Part shown: piece by piece, positions 9,357 to 19,561 of the stretch
Position numbering within the stretch: position 1 is the stretch's first letter
How the letters are laid out: every line of letters starts with the position of its first letter
NCBI GenBank assembly: GCA_963668025.2
Contig: CAXXTH010000012.1
Span: 136,626-200,625 of the forward strand
DNA: 64,000 nt
Source: Candidatus Hydrogenedentota bacterium
Lineage (GTDB): Bacteria > Hydrogenedentota > Hydrogenedentia > Hydrogenedentales > SLHB01
Reading direction: 5' to 3'
Translations under genes and position numbers: made by a program
Notes under the pieces: generated by a model
The model's database searches: none
Told to the model about the DNA's origin: nothing
Seen by the model: only the letters and a program-made list of their open reading frames with translations

Positions 9357-11789
9357 TTACTCTGTAGATCCTGCCACAAACGAATAGAGTGCGAATTCGC
9401 CGCTTGTATTCATGGGATCAAGTCGGAATTGGGTGATCGTTCCCCGCCATTCGGGATGGGCGCTCAAGTCAATGCAGTACTCGTGAACTTGCCCATCCGC
9501 TTGAATCGCGAACGGAACGCTGCGCCCTTCCTCAAAGCCTGGCTTTTCATCGGAAGACCAATACATCCGGCCCGTGGAACCGGCGGATGCGGACAACGAT
9601 ATCTTCACTTCCCGCACCTGGCTGGCATCCAATTGCATCGCCGGAGGGCCAAACAACATGGGCGCACCCTCATGCGACACGCCCCGTAGTGCGCCATCCG
9701 CCCGCTGCATCCGTGCGGGAGAAGGGCCGCCCGCGATAAACCACATGCTCCGGTTTGACGACAAATCCATGGATATCCCATGCTCCGTGCTTAAACGTGC
9801 GGCATAGCGCTGCTGGTATAGGGACACGATGCTTGGAAGGGCGTCCGTGGTTTGCATGCGCGTCCGCTCAGACGGCAAGGGAACCGGCGTTTCGTACGGG
9901 CCACGGGCGGACCCCAGCACGTTTCGTATAGCAGCAGCCTTGCCGAAACCATATGGCGCGCCCGGCTCGATGGCCCCGCCTTCGCCCCACTCGTTCCACG
10001 ACTCGACCAGACCGATTTTCAGATTAGGATCGATGTAATCAGGAAGCATCGACAGCATGGCGTGAAAAGCCGCTGCATCGTTTCCCGTGGTGCGCCAGGC
10101 GCTTTTTGGATTGCGCGGAGTGTCATCCCAGCCTGCCCACGCCGTAGGGATATAGGGAAGGCCTTGCGCCTGGGCGCGCTCCCGAGCGGCAGCGAACCAG
10201 CGTGCGTATTCCGGCAGCAACGCAGCATAATCCACATTGTGTTGCGCATCCTGCAACAGATCACCGCTCATAAAGGAATAGGCTGTAACACAGTCAAAAC
10301 CAGCCGACGCATACGACGGCATCCATGGATTATTATGCACGGCGATAAAATAGATGCCCGCATATCCATGGGCTTGGGCCACACCGCGCATGGCGTCGAG
10401 CGCCTTGCGCGCGGCGGAGGCGTTTCCAAGGCCATTCACGAGCCGCCAAGGCTGGTAGATAAAAAATGCCGGTTTCCCATCAATGCATAGATAATTGGAC
10501 TGTGAGAAATAGCGTGAGCACAATAATTCCGCTAATTCGGAAAGCGATTGTTCCGAGAAATCATACGGCTTAAATTCTTCCACCGTGCCTTGCTGGATAC
10601 ACCAGTGGATGGCAAACTTCATTTGCTCCCGAAAGCGGCTCTTTAAAAAACCTTCATCCAGCGCATCGTTTAGATATTCATATCCTTGGTTGTAATACCA
10701 GTCGAAGATGAAGAAGTCGATGCCGTGGCGGGCAGCCCACTGGACATGCCAGTCCGCAACCTCTGGAAGCGCCTCGTTATAATAACCAAGCAGCGGCTTG
10801 GTGTTTTCACACGACCGCATCCCTTGAAAGGCCTCGGTCCGCGTGGACCAATCGATCATCGAGGGAAAGTACCAGCAGCCAGTTTGATATGACTTCCGCA
10901 TAGGCTCTGGCTTGGCGAGCTCCGCCGTTGCCGTTGGAATTTCGGTCGGAATCGAGTCAAACACCGGTGTTGCCGCCCGATGAACGGCCTCTAGATGTTT
11001 CCATCCGCCGCACACTTCCACCTGGAATTCCGCTTGGGCATCCACCGACTTTCCAACCAACGGCAAAGTAAACGCGCGGCCTTCCCACGGGCGCAATGTT
11101 CCGACTTTCACTTTTAGCTCATGAGGTGAAGACATGCCCTCAGGCAGCGTAACCTTGGCCAAAACATGCCGCAACGGTTCCGAAGCCATGTTTTGGATTC
11201 GATACCGCAATTGGGATTCCGCGCCTTCTTGAAGTGGTTCAGGCATCAACGCGATATGGATGGATGGCGCAATGCCGCTGGCCTGCTCCAGAAACAGCCG
11301 GGTCATGCGGCAGGCGCTCCCTGGCGCCACGGAGAGTAAGAGGCGCGCTTTACGTGCATTTTTAGGTGCAATGACCTGGGCGCGGTATTCGGTCCATTCA
11401 TCCCCAAAAAGCATGCCTTGCCAGGAATTGTTTTGTTGGATGAACGCCTCCGATTTGTCCAGCCATGCCACGGCGATCATGAACGTCTCATGCCCATATC
11501 CGCCCGTGCGCTGGACCATACCGCCGATATCATACGCCTGCCCTTCCTCGACTTCGAAAGGATGTGATTGGGCAACTGGCGGCGCGGAAGCGAAGCGGGC
11601 GTCCAATGCCAGCGTGAACTCCGCAGGTCCTCCGGTGATGTGCTCAAGCCGCACATACTCCGGGTCTAGCACTTCCCAGCCGTTTAATCCATCCTCGAAT
11701 GCCGGATTCGGACAAGAAGGCGAGGCCTGCGCGGCGGCCATCATCCCTATCGCGAGAAGAGGGAGAATCTCTGCCCACCACCCGCTCAT
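9357..11789 (-). CDS. Secreted GH99-like/WbsX-family glycoside hydrolase with accessory beta-sandwich domains
   Basis: KPLLGYY.E, GIDFFIFDWY, Y..IDGKP, GWD..PR and SWNEWGEG motifs; CBM-like N-terminus and RLDP C-terminal domain; TAATG coupling at 11789. Confidence 0.8.
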   Translation of the reverse strand: MSGWWAEILPLLAIGMMAAAQASPSCPNPAFEDGLNGWEVLDPEYVRLEHITGGPAEFTLALDARFASAPPVAQSHPFEVEEGQAYDIGGMVQRTGGYGHETFMIAVAWLDKSEAFIQQNNSWQGMLFGDEWTEYRAQVIAPKNARKARLLLSVAPGSACRMTRLFLEQASGIAPSIHIALMPEPLQEGAESQLRYRIQNMASEPLRHVLAKVTLPEGMSSPHELKVKVGTLRPWEGRAFTLPLVGKSVDAQAEFQVEVCGGWKHLEAVHRAATPVFDSIPTEIPTATAELAKPEPMRKSYQTGCWYFPSMIDWSTRTEAFQGMRSCENTKPLLGYYNEALPEVADWHVQWAARHGIDFFIFDWYYNQGYEYLNDALDEGFLKSRFREQMKFAIHWCIQQGTVEEFKPYDFSEQSLSELAELLCSRYFSQSNYLCIDGKPAFFIYQPWRLVNGLGNASAARKALDAMRGVAQAHGYAGIYFIAVHNNPWMPSYASAGFDCVTAYSFMSGDLLQDAQHNVDYAALLPEYARWFAAARERAQAQGLPYIPTAWAGWDDTPRNPKSAWRTTGNDAAAFHAMLSMLPDYIDPNLKIGLVESWNEWGEGGAIEPGAPYGFGKAAAIRNVLGSARGPYETPVPLPSERTRMQTTDALPSIVSLYQQRYAARLSTEHGISMDLSSNRSMWFIAGGPSPARMQRADGALRGVSHEGAPMLFGPPAMQLDASQVREVKISLSASAGSTGRMYWSSDEKPGFEEGRSVPFAIQADGQVHEYCIDLSAHPEWRGTITQFRLDPMNTSGEFALYSFVAGSTE

Positions 11790-13819
11790 TATTGGCAATT
11801 CCCAGAAAATGTCTTCACCCAGCGCGTTCCCTTCAAGGCTGCCGCGGACAGCGCCCGGTCGCCAAGCCGGTCTTCGATATATGAAGCCACCCTTTTTTCC
11901 TGGCTTTTATACCCTTGCCTTAAAAACGTCATGCTGAAACGCCATTGATCAACTGGGCACGCCAGTTTGATGACGATGCGTTTAGGAGCGTCTTGCCATT
12001 CGACAATACAGGAATGGTCCATGGGAAACCATGAACCGGTCGATTCCGAGCGAATGCACTCGACGCCATTGATCCAAACGGCCATGGGCACGGTCACGCC
12101 CATGACAAGCTGGGCCTTCAAAGGCTCCGACGCGGCCACCTCGCGCACAAAGTAATACACCGCTTCACCCGTAAAGCTCCCGACATGCTGGGCGTCTACA
12201 ATGCTCTCGCCGAGTTCGAGCAGCATGGGGCACTCATCTGGAAGGTCTTCCACGAGCAGGCGCTCTTCATCCAGATAGGGCCGGTCCAGCCGCACGTGGT
12301 TGTGGAAACAGGAATAGAATCCGCCCTCCGTCTGTCCAGGATGGCATGCGAAGCCATCATGGCGGAATAAACAATACTCGTCCTTCTTGGTATCATAGAT
12401 ATCCCAATAAGGGCCATAGACGAGCCATTGGCGCGCCCCGGCGAGTCCGAATACATGTTCCAGCGCTGGCGCGCCATCCACCCGCCAGGAAGCCGACACC
12501 AAATTCCTGTCCCACATCGTGGGCGAATTCTCCGAACGGCAAACCGAGAATGTGAGCCGCTGGGAACTGTTTGGCCGAACCGACACCTGCGCCGATTCAG
12601 GGGATATGCTTAGGCCGTTCACTGGTTCGAGTTGGAGGTGGCCCCGGGCGATATCATTGCCCGTATTCCTCAAGATCAGGCTGACACGCGCCTCTTGCGC
12701 CACGTGCAGGATCGGTTCCTGCTCATACTCGACTTCCATCGCGATGGAAGGCGATGGCTTCCGGCCCGCTTGGCGCGCCGTCACTTCTTTCGCTATATCG
12801 TCCGGCACGCCGGTGATTTCCACGGCCTTATTGCGCGCCCACGCCATCTCGATTCCGAGCTTGCAAGTATCCAACGCGAAATCGCTAATCAACACATCCT
12901 TGTGGCGCACATCGAGCCCGCAGTTCAACTTTTTCCCCAACTGCTCGCACCAATCCTTCGGGAGATTCGAGCCGCCTTGGATAGCGCCTAAAAGCGCGCC
13001 CGCCGTGGCTGCCGTGCAGTCCACATCCCACCCGCAATTGATGGCCAGCGTGAGCGCGCGTTTGAAATCACCCTGGCACGCGATCAGCGACAAATAGGTA
13101 AAGGAAAAATTAATGACGCCTTTCGAGCAATCCCGATGCCCATACATGCGCACCAAAAAGCGCCAGATTTTGCGCCAGTCTTCCCCATCTGCAAAGGCTT
13201 CCGCCACTTCATCCATGACGCGATGCAGGATGCTCTCGGACGGCAATGCGGCGCGCCCAGCCGCCAACGCGTGTTCGAGCGATCTGGACGAGAGCGCCAC
13301 CGCCATGGCGGCCGCCCAGAATTGCTCCGCGTAAATCGACTCGCCGATATGATCCAGCTCGCCGTCCATTCGCGCGAAGCCTGCGGCCAATTCGGGATTG
13401 CCCGGGGCGGCGCATCCCCAGATTTCCGCACGAATGGGGCATCCCATGGACTCGCAGAAAAACGTATTGTTGAAGCGTCCGGACAGCGGGGGATCTATCC
13501 CGCGCTCTACGTTGTGTAGAAAGTAGCCATATTCGGAGAAATTATACGCGCAACGATCTTGCCAGAGCTCAACCAAGTCTTGTTGGGAAAACCACGGCCC
13601 GCGCTCTTCTAGCATTTCCAGCCAAACCACCTGTATATCCAGATCGTCATTGGGAATAATCGTATCCGGCCAGAGCGTCTCCGTCTTCTCGCTGCCGAGA
13701 GTTTTATGCCCCTCGAATCGCGCACCTACGGTGCCCCCTATAAATTTCCCAAGCCAAGCACCAAGCACACCCTCTAAGTAGGCATCAAAAGAGAGATGAG
13801 TAGACTGTTCATTCGCCAT
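11789..13819 (-). CDS. ADP-ribosylglycohydrolase-family protein with C-terminal beta-sandwich domains
   Basis: G.WLGK.IGG..G, NDDLD, MG..IRAE.WG..APG and GWDVDCTAATAG motifs; no signal peptide. Confidence 0.88.
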   Translation of the reverse strand: MANEQSTHLSFDAYLEGVLGAWLGKFIGGTVGARFEGHKTLGSEKTETLWPDTIIPNDDLDIQVVWLEMLEERGPWFSQQDLVELWQDRCAYNFSEYGYFLHNVERGIDPPLSGRFNNTFFCESMGCPIRAEIWGCAAPGNPELAAGFARMDGELDHIGESIYAEQFWAAAMAVALSSRSLEHALAAGRAALPSESILHRVMDEVAEAFADGEDWRKIWRFLVRMYGHRDCSKGVINFSFTYLSLIACQGDFKRALTLAINCGWDVDCTAATAGALLGAIQGGSNLPKDWCEQLGKKLNCGLDVRHKDVLISDFALDTCKLGIEMAWARNKAVEITGVPDDIAKEVTARQAGRKPSPSIAMEVEYEQEPILHVAQEARVSLILRNTGNDIARGHLQLEPVNGLSISPESAQVSVRPNSSQRLTFSVCRSENSPTMWDRNLVSASWRVDGAPALEHVFGLAGARQWLVYGPYWDIYDTKKDEYCLFRHDGFACHPGQTEGGFYSCFHNHVRLDRPYLDEERLLVEDLPDECPMLLELGESIVDAQHVGSFTGEAVYYFVREVAASEPLKAQLVMGVTVPMAVWINGVECIRSESTGSWFPMDHSCIVEWQDAPKRIVIKLACPVDQWRFSMTFLRQGYKSQEKRVASYIEDRLGDRALSAAALKGTRWVKTFSGNCQ

Positions 13820-13913
13820 TTTTAAACTCCGGCTATTGTGTTTTTCCTATACCGCATCGGTCGTGCGGTGTCTGTATCTGTACACACTATAGCAAGCTGA
13901 TTGGGAATTTGCG

Positions 13914-13942
13914 TTGACATTAGACCCAATTTGTAGCATAAT
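13914..13942 (+). promoter_or_regulatory. Sigma70-type promoter for the AraC gene
   Basis: TTGACA (13914-13919), 17-bp spacer, CATAAT (13937-13942); ATG begins at 13949. Confidence 0.7.
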
Positions 13943-13948
13943 AGACCC

Positions 13949-14857
13949 ATGATCCCGCGCTACCTGTATAGAGATTATTGCCCGGAGGCCACCTTCCGCT
14001 TTCATCTTTTCTACGGCCGTTTTGGCGCTTCCCCGGTGTATGAACTGCATACCCATGAATTCGGCGAGCTGGTGCTTGTCAGGCGGGGATACTGCAATCA
14101 TATGTATGAAGAGACCAAATATCCGTTGGTGGCGGGTGACATTTTTTACGTGAAGCCCGACGAAGCGCATGGGTACCTGGATTTATCGCCCGATTTTTCC
14201 TACTGCAATATCATCTTTGATCCCGCTCAATTCTTAGAATCCTATCCGGAATTGCTCGGAATACCAGGATACCATGCGCTATTTCATGTCGAGCCTTTAC
14301 TTAGAGTGGACCACAGATTCACGAGCAAACTGCATTTAGAAGGAGAGCTGCTTCGGCAGACGTTTGAATTCATCGAGGCGCTCAAAAAAGAATATGAAGA
14401 AAACCAAGCCGGAATGAAGACGCTTATACAATGCATTCTGGTCCAGCTTGTCGTTTCGCTTGCCCGCCAGATTTCCCAGCCGCAATCCGCCGCCCGGCAT
14501 ACTGTCCTTCGCCTCTCGCAGGCCATTTCATTCATCGAGCTGAACTATGCGGAACCGATTGTGCTTCAAGACATTGTCGATGCGGCGTGCATGTCAAAAA
14601 GCAGCCTGATACGATGGTTCCAGCAGTGTTACAAAACGTCCCCGCTTCGGTATTTACGCGACCATCGCCTGAAGAAGGCTTCCATTCTGCTCAAAGAAAC
14701 CAAAGATTCAATCACGGACATCGCCCTCGCCGTAGGATTTTCCGACTCCAATTACTTCGGACGCGCCTTTCAACAGTTGTTCAATATGAGCCCCCGTGAA
14801 TACCGCCGCGAGATACATGAAAAAAACAGCGAAGAGAGCCTGCCGGTGCAACCGTGA
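13949..14857 (+). CDS. AraC-family transcriptional regulator (RhaS/RhaR-like, cupin + HTH)
   Basis: H.H.F.EL cupin and SITDIALAVGFSDSNYFGRAF...SPREYR motifs; divergent from the operon. Confidence 0.95.
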   Translation: MIPRYLYRDYCPEATFRFHLFYGRFGASPVYELHTHEFGELVLVRRGYCNHMYEETKYPLVAGDIFYVKPDEAHGYLDLSPDFSYCNIIFDPAQFLESYPELLGIPGYHALFHVEPLLRVDHRFTSKLHLEGELLRQTFEFIEALKKEYEENQAGMKTLIQCILVQLVVSLARQISQPQSAARHTVLRLSQAISFIELNYAEPIVLQDIVDAACMSKSSLIRWFQQCYKTSPLRYLRDHRLKKASILLKETKDSITDIALAVGFSDSNYFGRAFQQLFNMSPREYRREIHEKNSEESLPVQP

Positions 14858-14891
14858 CAGGCTCTCTCTCGCAGTCCCGAATGGTATAGGT

Positions 14892-16892
14892 TTACCGCGC
14901 GATTTTACGCCGCGCACCGAATGCTAAGCCTGCACCCAGCAATATCAAACCAGCAACGCCCATGACGGGAAGCGCAACCGTGGAATCCGGATCCAAGGGA
15001 TCGCTTCCACTCGACACTTCCAAACCGTCGTTGTAGCTGTCGCCATCCGTATCTTCCAGAAGCGGATCGGTGCCGTACGTGTTCACTTCATCGCCATCCG
15101 ACAGATCATCTCCATCGGTGTCCGCGACATTCGGATCCGTTCCGATAGTTTCTTCTTCCGAATCCGAGAGGCCATCGCCATCCGTGTCGGTCTCAGCGCC
15201 CATCAGCGCGCTTTCATCAGCGCCAATGTCATTCACTGTATTGCCCAGCGGGCGCGAATCGCCATCCACGTCAATGGTGAGCGTCGAACCAGTGGCCGCA
15301 CCCAGCGCGGGAGAGGCGGCGTCACTGATATGGCCATCATCCGTCAACATCGGATCCAGATGAATCGTGTCTGCTGGCAAGCTCGAACCCTCGCCCGTAA
15401 TGCCGGAGAACTCTTCATCATACGAAATATTGTGCGCGCCCGTGACGGCTCCGAGCAGGAAAATACCGAACTGCGCATCGCCGGAGCAATCCACGATGCT
15501 GTTATTCATCGTGAACGAACCAGCGGGATCACCCAGCGTGTACGTATGGAAATACGCGCCCGCATCCGCGATGATCGTGCAATGGTTCAAATCAATTATG
15601 GAACCAGCGCCAGCGCCTTGGTCCGACGCCTCCAGATTGATCAACACGCGGTCGAAAATGGTGTTCGTGGCAGTCAGCTTGAAGGGATATTCCGTATGCA
15701 CATCCGCCATGGCGCTATCAATACGCGCCGTGCCCGACAACACGCAACGGTCGAGGATCAGATTCGGCCCCACGCCATCGGAAGCCGTCGGTTCACGCAC
15801 CAACTGATTACCGTTCCAGTCCATATTCTCGAGTGTCAGATAGCCGTCAATCAGCTCAAACGCTTGAAAACTGGTCGTCCCAGCATTCAAGGAGCCATTC
15901 TTGATGGTCACGTGCTCATCATTTGAAACATCGATGAGGACATCCCAGCCGCGCACGAATGTGCAGCCATCAAATGTCACATCCGTCGTAGCGCCCGTTC
16001 CGCCCAAATGGCGCGAGATCAAGCGGCTCCGCAAATCTTCAAACGCGCAGCCATTAAAGATCGCTTTACCGTGCAATCTGGGGCCCCAGCTACCTGTGAT
16101 GGTGCAATTATTGAATTCACTGCGAAGCGCAGGCTCATCGCCAGGCGCCACCCGGTTTTCCACCCAAGGCTTCACATCCTGCCCATTGAATACGCAGTTA
16201 TTATAGGTCTGATAGCCATTCGTCGAGTTGCCATAATTGATCATGCAACTCAGCCCATTGACGGCATAATTGAAATAGCAGTTATTGAAGATTTCACCAC
16301 CGCTGCTCGGGCCAAATTCCGCCACGGATTCATCGCCAACAGCGGATGTGCCCACAAACTCCACATTCTCGACCACCAAGCCAGCGTTGGCCTCCGCATG
16401 AATGCATCGTCCCCATTGGGTAGGCGCCGCTTCGAGAATCATCCGGTTCGCCGCACTCTCGCCACGCAACGTCAGTGAAGCATTCGCATTCGACTCATTA
16501 TCCCCTTCATACCGGACGCCCAGTACGACAGGAGCCCTTCCTTCATTATCATCCGCGTCCAGCGTCCGCGCATGCGTCGCGATGGCCGGCGTGACTCCAG
16601 CCGCCGCTTCGATTACGATGCCGGGCTGCGTCACATACACATCGCCCTCATAACGCCCCGTCTCTTGAATGGTCACGGTGGTGCTTGGGCCATTCGTATC
16701 ACTATCGTTCACCGCGCGCAGCGCCCGCTCCAGTGCGTCTGTTCCCGCGAAATGCGCCGTGCCCGTGCCCGCGAAATCTCCGCTGTCCGCGCCACTGAGA
16801 TTCACTGTGATGCTCCCAGCAAAAGCAGACCCCGTTGACAACGCCATCAGCACGCATCCAATTACAGAGATACATCTTGTTGGCCATTTCAT
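14892..16892 (-). CDS. Secreted beta-helix-like surface protein with DxDGD Ca-binding repeats and C-terminal anchor
   Basis: Signal peptide; FNNC/FDGC repeats; DVDGDSR..DIGADE motif; DTDGDGLSD.EE..GTDP repeats; LPVMG-hydrophobic-RRKIAR tail. Confidence 0.75.
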   Translation of the reverse strand: MKWPTRCISVIGCVLMALSTGSAFAGSITVNLSGADSGDFAGTGTAHFAGTDALERALRAVNDSDTNGPSTTVTIQETGRYEGDVYVTQPGIVIEAAAGVTPAIATHARTLDADDNEGRAPVVLGVRYEGDNESNANASLTLRGESAANRMILEAAPTQWGRCIHAEANAGLVVENVEFVGTSAVGDESVAEFGPSSGGEIFNNCYFNYAVNGLSCMINYGNSTNGYQTYNNCVFNGQDVKPWVENRVAPGDEPALRSEFNNCTITGSWGPRLHGKAIFNGCAFEDLRSRLISRHLGGTGATTDVTFDGCTFVRGWDVLIDVSNDEHVTIKNGSLNAGTTSFQAFELIDGYLTLENMDWNGNQLVREPTASDGVGPNLILDRCVLSGTARIDSAMADVHTEYPFKLTATNTIFDRVLINLEASDQGAGAGSIIDLNHCTIIADAGAYFHTYTLGDPAGSFTMNNSIVDCSGDAQFGIFLLGAVTGAHNISYDEEFSGITGEGSSLPADTIHLDPMLTDDGHISDAASPALGAATGSTLTIDVDGDSRPLGNTVNDIGADESALMGAETDTDGDGLSDSEEETIGTDPNVADTDGDDLSDGDEVNTYGTDPLLEDTDGDSYNDGLEVSSGSDPLDPDSTVALPVMGVAGLILLGAGLAFGARRKIAR

Positions 16893-17182
16893 GCCTTGGG
16901 TCCTCCTGTCCTCATTTGTAGCCTCGCTCTTGGCCGGACGCCATTATCCGGCTCTCGATACTGAGGTTATCAGAAGAAGTGGAAATCTACCTTCACAAAC
17001 ACGCCAGAAAATCGCACACAATTCTCATTTTCGGTTTTATGCCCCGATTGCCTCATTCCACCTCCAAGCTTGCCCCTGCTTTTCCACATCAAACAGCAGG
17101 CGTCCTTTTTAGTTAACCGGAACAGAGAGCTCATACAATTTATAGCGCCAATAACTATTACTGTAATATGTCAACTCTTAGG

Positions 17183-18781
17183 CTATGCACCAGAGGCATC
17201 CTGCGTGAACTTCGCGGGAGCCATATCCCAGGCCTGAAGAGATTTGATCACCGCATCTCCCCCTTTAGCGCAAGCCTTGGCCAACAGCGCCTGCGTACTT
17301 TCCGGATATACCATTTGCGTAATACATTGGCGATCATTGGCGAACACTTCTAGCATAGGCTTATCCAAAAACACCCGCAGTTTCAACGGTTCACCCGGCG
17401 CAAGCGCCAGCGGCGCTTCCACCACATAGACCGGTTTCTCGTTCACCGATTGCTCGTTCGCGTTGTATCCGGTAAAAATGGTCTCGCCATAAAATACATC
17501 CGTGCGCAATGTCGAATGCGTCACATCTACTTTAAGTTTCTGCGCCTCCGCGTCATACCAGATCGCCGTTCCTTCTTTGCCATCCGGCGAACAGCGCACC
17601 ATGAGGCCCGCCTGTTTCGCACCATTGAGTTCTATCTCCACATCAATCTCCAGGCAATCGCCTTGAACACGGTCCAGGGTGATTTCCGAGCCTGCTGGAA
17701 CTGGAAGGTTTTCCATTTGGCGCACGTTACGGCGCAATGTTTCCAGCTCTGGCGCAGGCGTAATATGCACGCCCCCATCCTTATCTAGAGATAACACGCG
17801 GGGAAGGCTTTGAAATCCCGAACCTGTTTTCACCTGGGATGGGCGGATGCGCGGATCGGACACCCAAGCCCAGAAGATCCGCCGTCCCTTGTCATCCTGC
17901 AAGCTCTCGGGAGCGAAAAATTGGCCGCCTGGCCAGTTCATGCGAATATGCTGCTCCGGGTAAAACTTCTCATTCTCGTACCGCCCGATATAACAGCGCG
18001 CCCCCATCTTGTGGCTGATGCACATCAAGCCCCATTTATCATCGCCCAGTTTGAAGAAATCCGGACACGAGCAGTCTTCGCCATCGACCGTCCAAGTGAG
18101 ATCCGGATGCTCGTAGAAGGAGTGCAGCGGCGTCCAGTTGACCAGGTCCGCCGATTTGAGCAGATAGAGCGTATCTTTTTTGTTCGGCAGCGAATTGCCC
18201 CCGAGCAGGCAGTAATACGTGTCGCCTTCGAACCACATATAGGGATCCCATACCCCATACACGCCCCATCCCGGACTGCCTTCTTTTGTAATGGGAATGA
18301 CTGGATTTTTCGGATGCTTTTTCCATTGGATCAGATCATCATCTTGCGCCGTGGCCACGCATACGCCCGCGTCGATGCCAAACCAGCAAAGCATGGGCGC
18401 GCCTTCCTTATTAATAAAGGCATTCCCGCTGAAAATGCCCGTATCGGGATCACCGGCTGCCGGGACCAATGACGGCGCATGATAGGTCCAATCCACTAAG
18501 TTCGTACTCGATAGGTGCCGCCAGCTATGCCCATAGTCAGGAAGCTTCTCATCCTGATAGATGTACATCAGGTGATATTTGCCCTTCCAAAAAATACAGC
18601 CATTGGTGTCACACGGACACACCACCCCCTGCACGCCTTCTCCCGGCATCGGTCCAATATGATACACAGGCCATTCTGCATTTCTTGCCATCGTTTGCCC
18701 TTCCTGCTCTTCGGCTGATGCACCCGGTGAGGCGTAACAAAACGCCATCGCTGCCGCCATAATGAATGAGAGTTGCCGCAT
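17183..18781 (-). CDS. Secreted GH32-family protein
   Basis: CDTNG..F.KGKYHLMY, S.NLVDW, FSG, WDP, SCPDFF, FAPES, SLPR.L and LEVFAND motifs; start MRQLSF at 18781. Confidence 0.85.
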   Translation of the reverse strand: MRQLSFIMAAAMAFCYASPGASAEEQEGQTMARNAEWPVYHIGPMPGEGVQGVVCPCDTNGCIFWKGKYHLMYIYQDEKLPDYGHSWRHLSSTNLVDWTYHAPSLVPAAGDPDTGIFSGNAFINKEGAPMLCWFGIDAGVCVATAQDDDLIQWKKHPKNPVIPITKEGSPGWGVYGVWDPYMWFEGDTYYCLLGGNSLPNKKDTLYLLKSADLVNWTPLHSFYEHPDLTWTVDGEDCSCPDFFKLGDDKWGLMCISHKMGARCYIGRYENEKFYPEQHIRMNWPGGQFFAPESLQDDKGRRIFWAWVSDPRIRPSQVKTGSGFQSLPRVLSLDKDGGVHITPAPELETLRRNVRQMENLPVPAGSEITLDRVQGDCLEIDVEIELNGAKQAGLMVRCSPDGKEGTAIWYDAEAQKLKVDVTHSTLRTDVFYGETIFTGYNANEQSVNEKPVYVVEAPLALAPGEPLKLRVFLDKPMLEVFANDRQCITQMVYPESTQALLAKACAKGGDAVIKSLQAWDMAPAKFTQDASGA

Positions 18782-19152
18782 CGTTCCTGTTCCTTCCCCA
18801 AAATGCCCAGCTATATACGATAAACACGTTTCGTAGCATAGAATAAAGCTTAGCATTAGTCATTCCGGCCCGCACGAATAGATTGCGCAAAAATTCGTAC
18901 AGGATCTTCATATTTCTTGCAAAGAAGCATAAAGGCGAAAATGGGAAGCTTTGTTCCGGGCAAGAGACATGGGAAAACTACGGATGGAATAAGTAACATG
19001 CCATCCTTTCACCAAATCGCCCAATGAGAAAGAACGAAAGAACAAATCATATGACATAGTTTACGTAAGAAGTTATGTAGGATATTATAGAGTATAGCTC
19101 TGATATTACTGCTCCTGGAAGAATATATCATGTGTACGTATTGAAGAAATAA

Positions 19153-19249
19153 CGTAAAACCGCCTACCTGTCATCTCCGCGAACGCGGGGATCCAGAGAA
19201 TTTGCACTGGATTCCCGCTTTCGCGGGAATGACAACGGGGTAGTTTACG
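19153..19249. repeat. Palindromic element of the GTCATTCCCGCGAAAGCGGGAATCCA type
   Basis: TGTCATCTCCGCGAACGCGGGGATCCAG ... CTGGATTCCCGCTTTCGCGGGAATGACA inverted pair. Confidence 0.85.
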
Positions 19250-19561
19250 GGATTTTATAGAACGGATGCTATTAGTCGGTGGGGGAAATCCACCGTATTA
19301 TGGTTCATCCGCACGCCCAAGAACGGCTCCAATAAGCTGCGGCTATCCCTCGGCAAGGCGAATGGAGCGGTAATAACAGAGCTGCACCCCCAAAAAAAAT
19401 CTCGAACCGCTTATTCGCACATTCGAGCATATAGAAACGTGGATCTCTGCGATACTTTGCGTTCTCCCGCGCCTCTGCGATGAAAATGACTCAACACAAC
19501 CAAGAAGATAAATCTCCGAGAATGATGTTTTTTAGCCATGCTAACAAGATGAAACAAGATT

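Noticed and set aside
19275-19400. Possible structured ncRNA
   Set aside because: Only short hairpins are visible, with no recognisable family signature.
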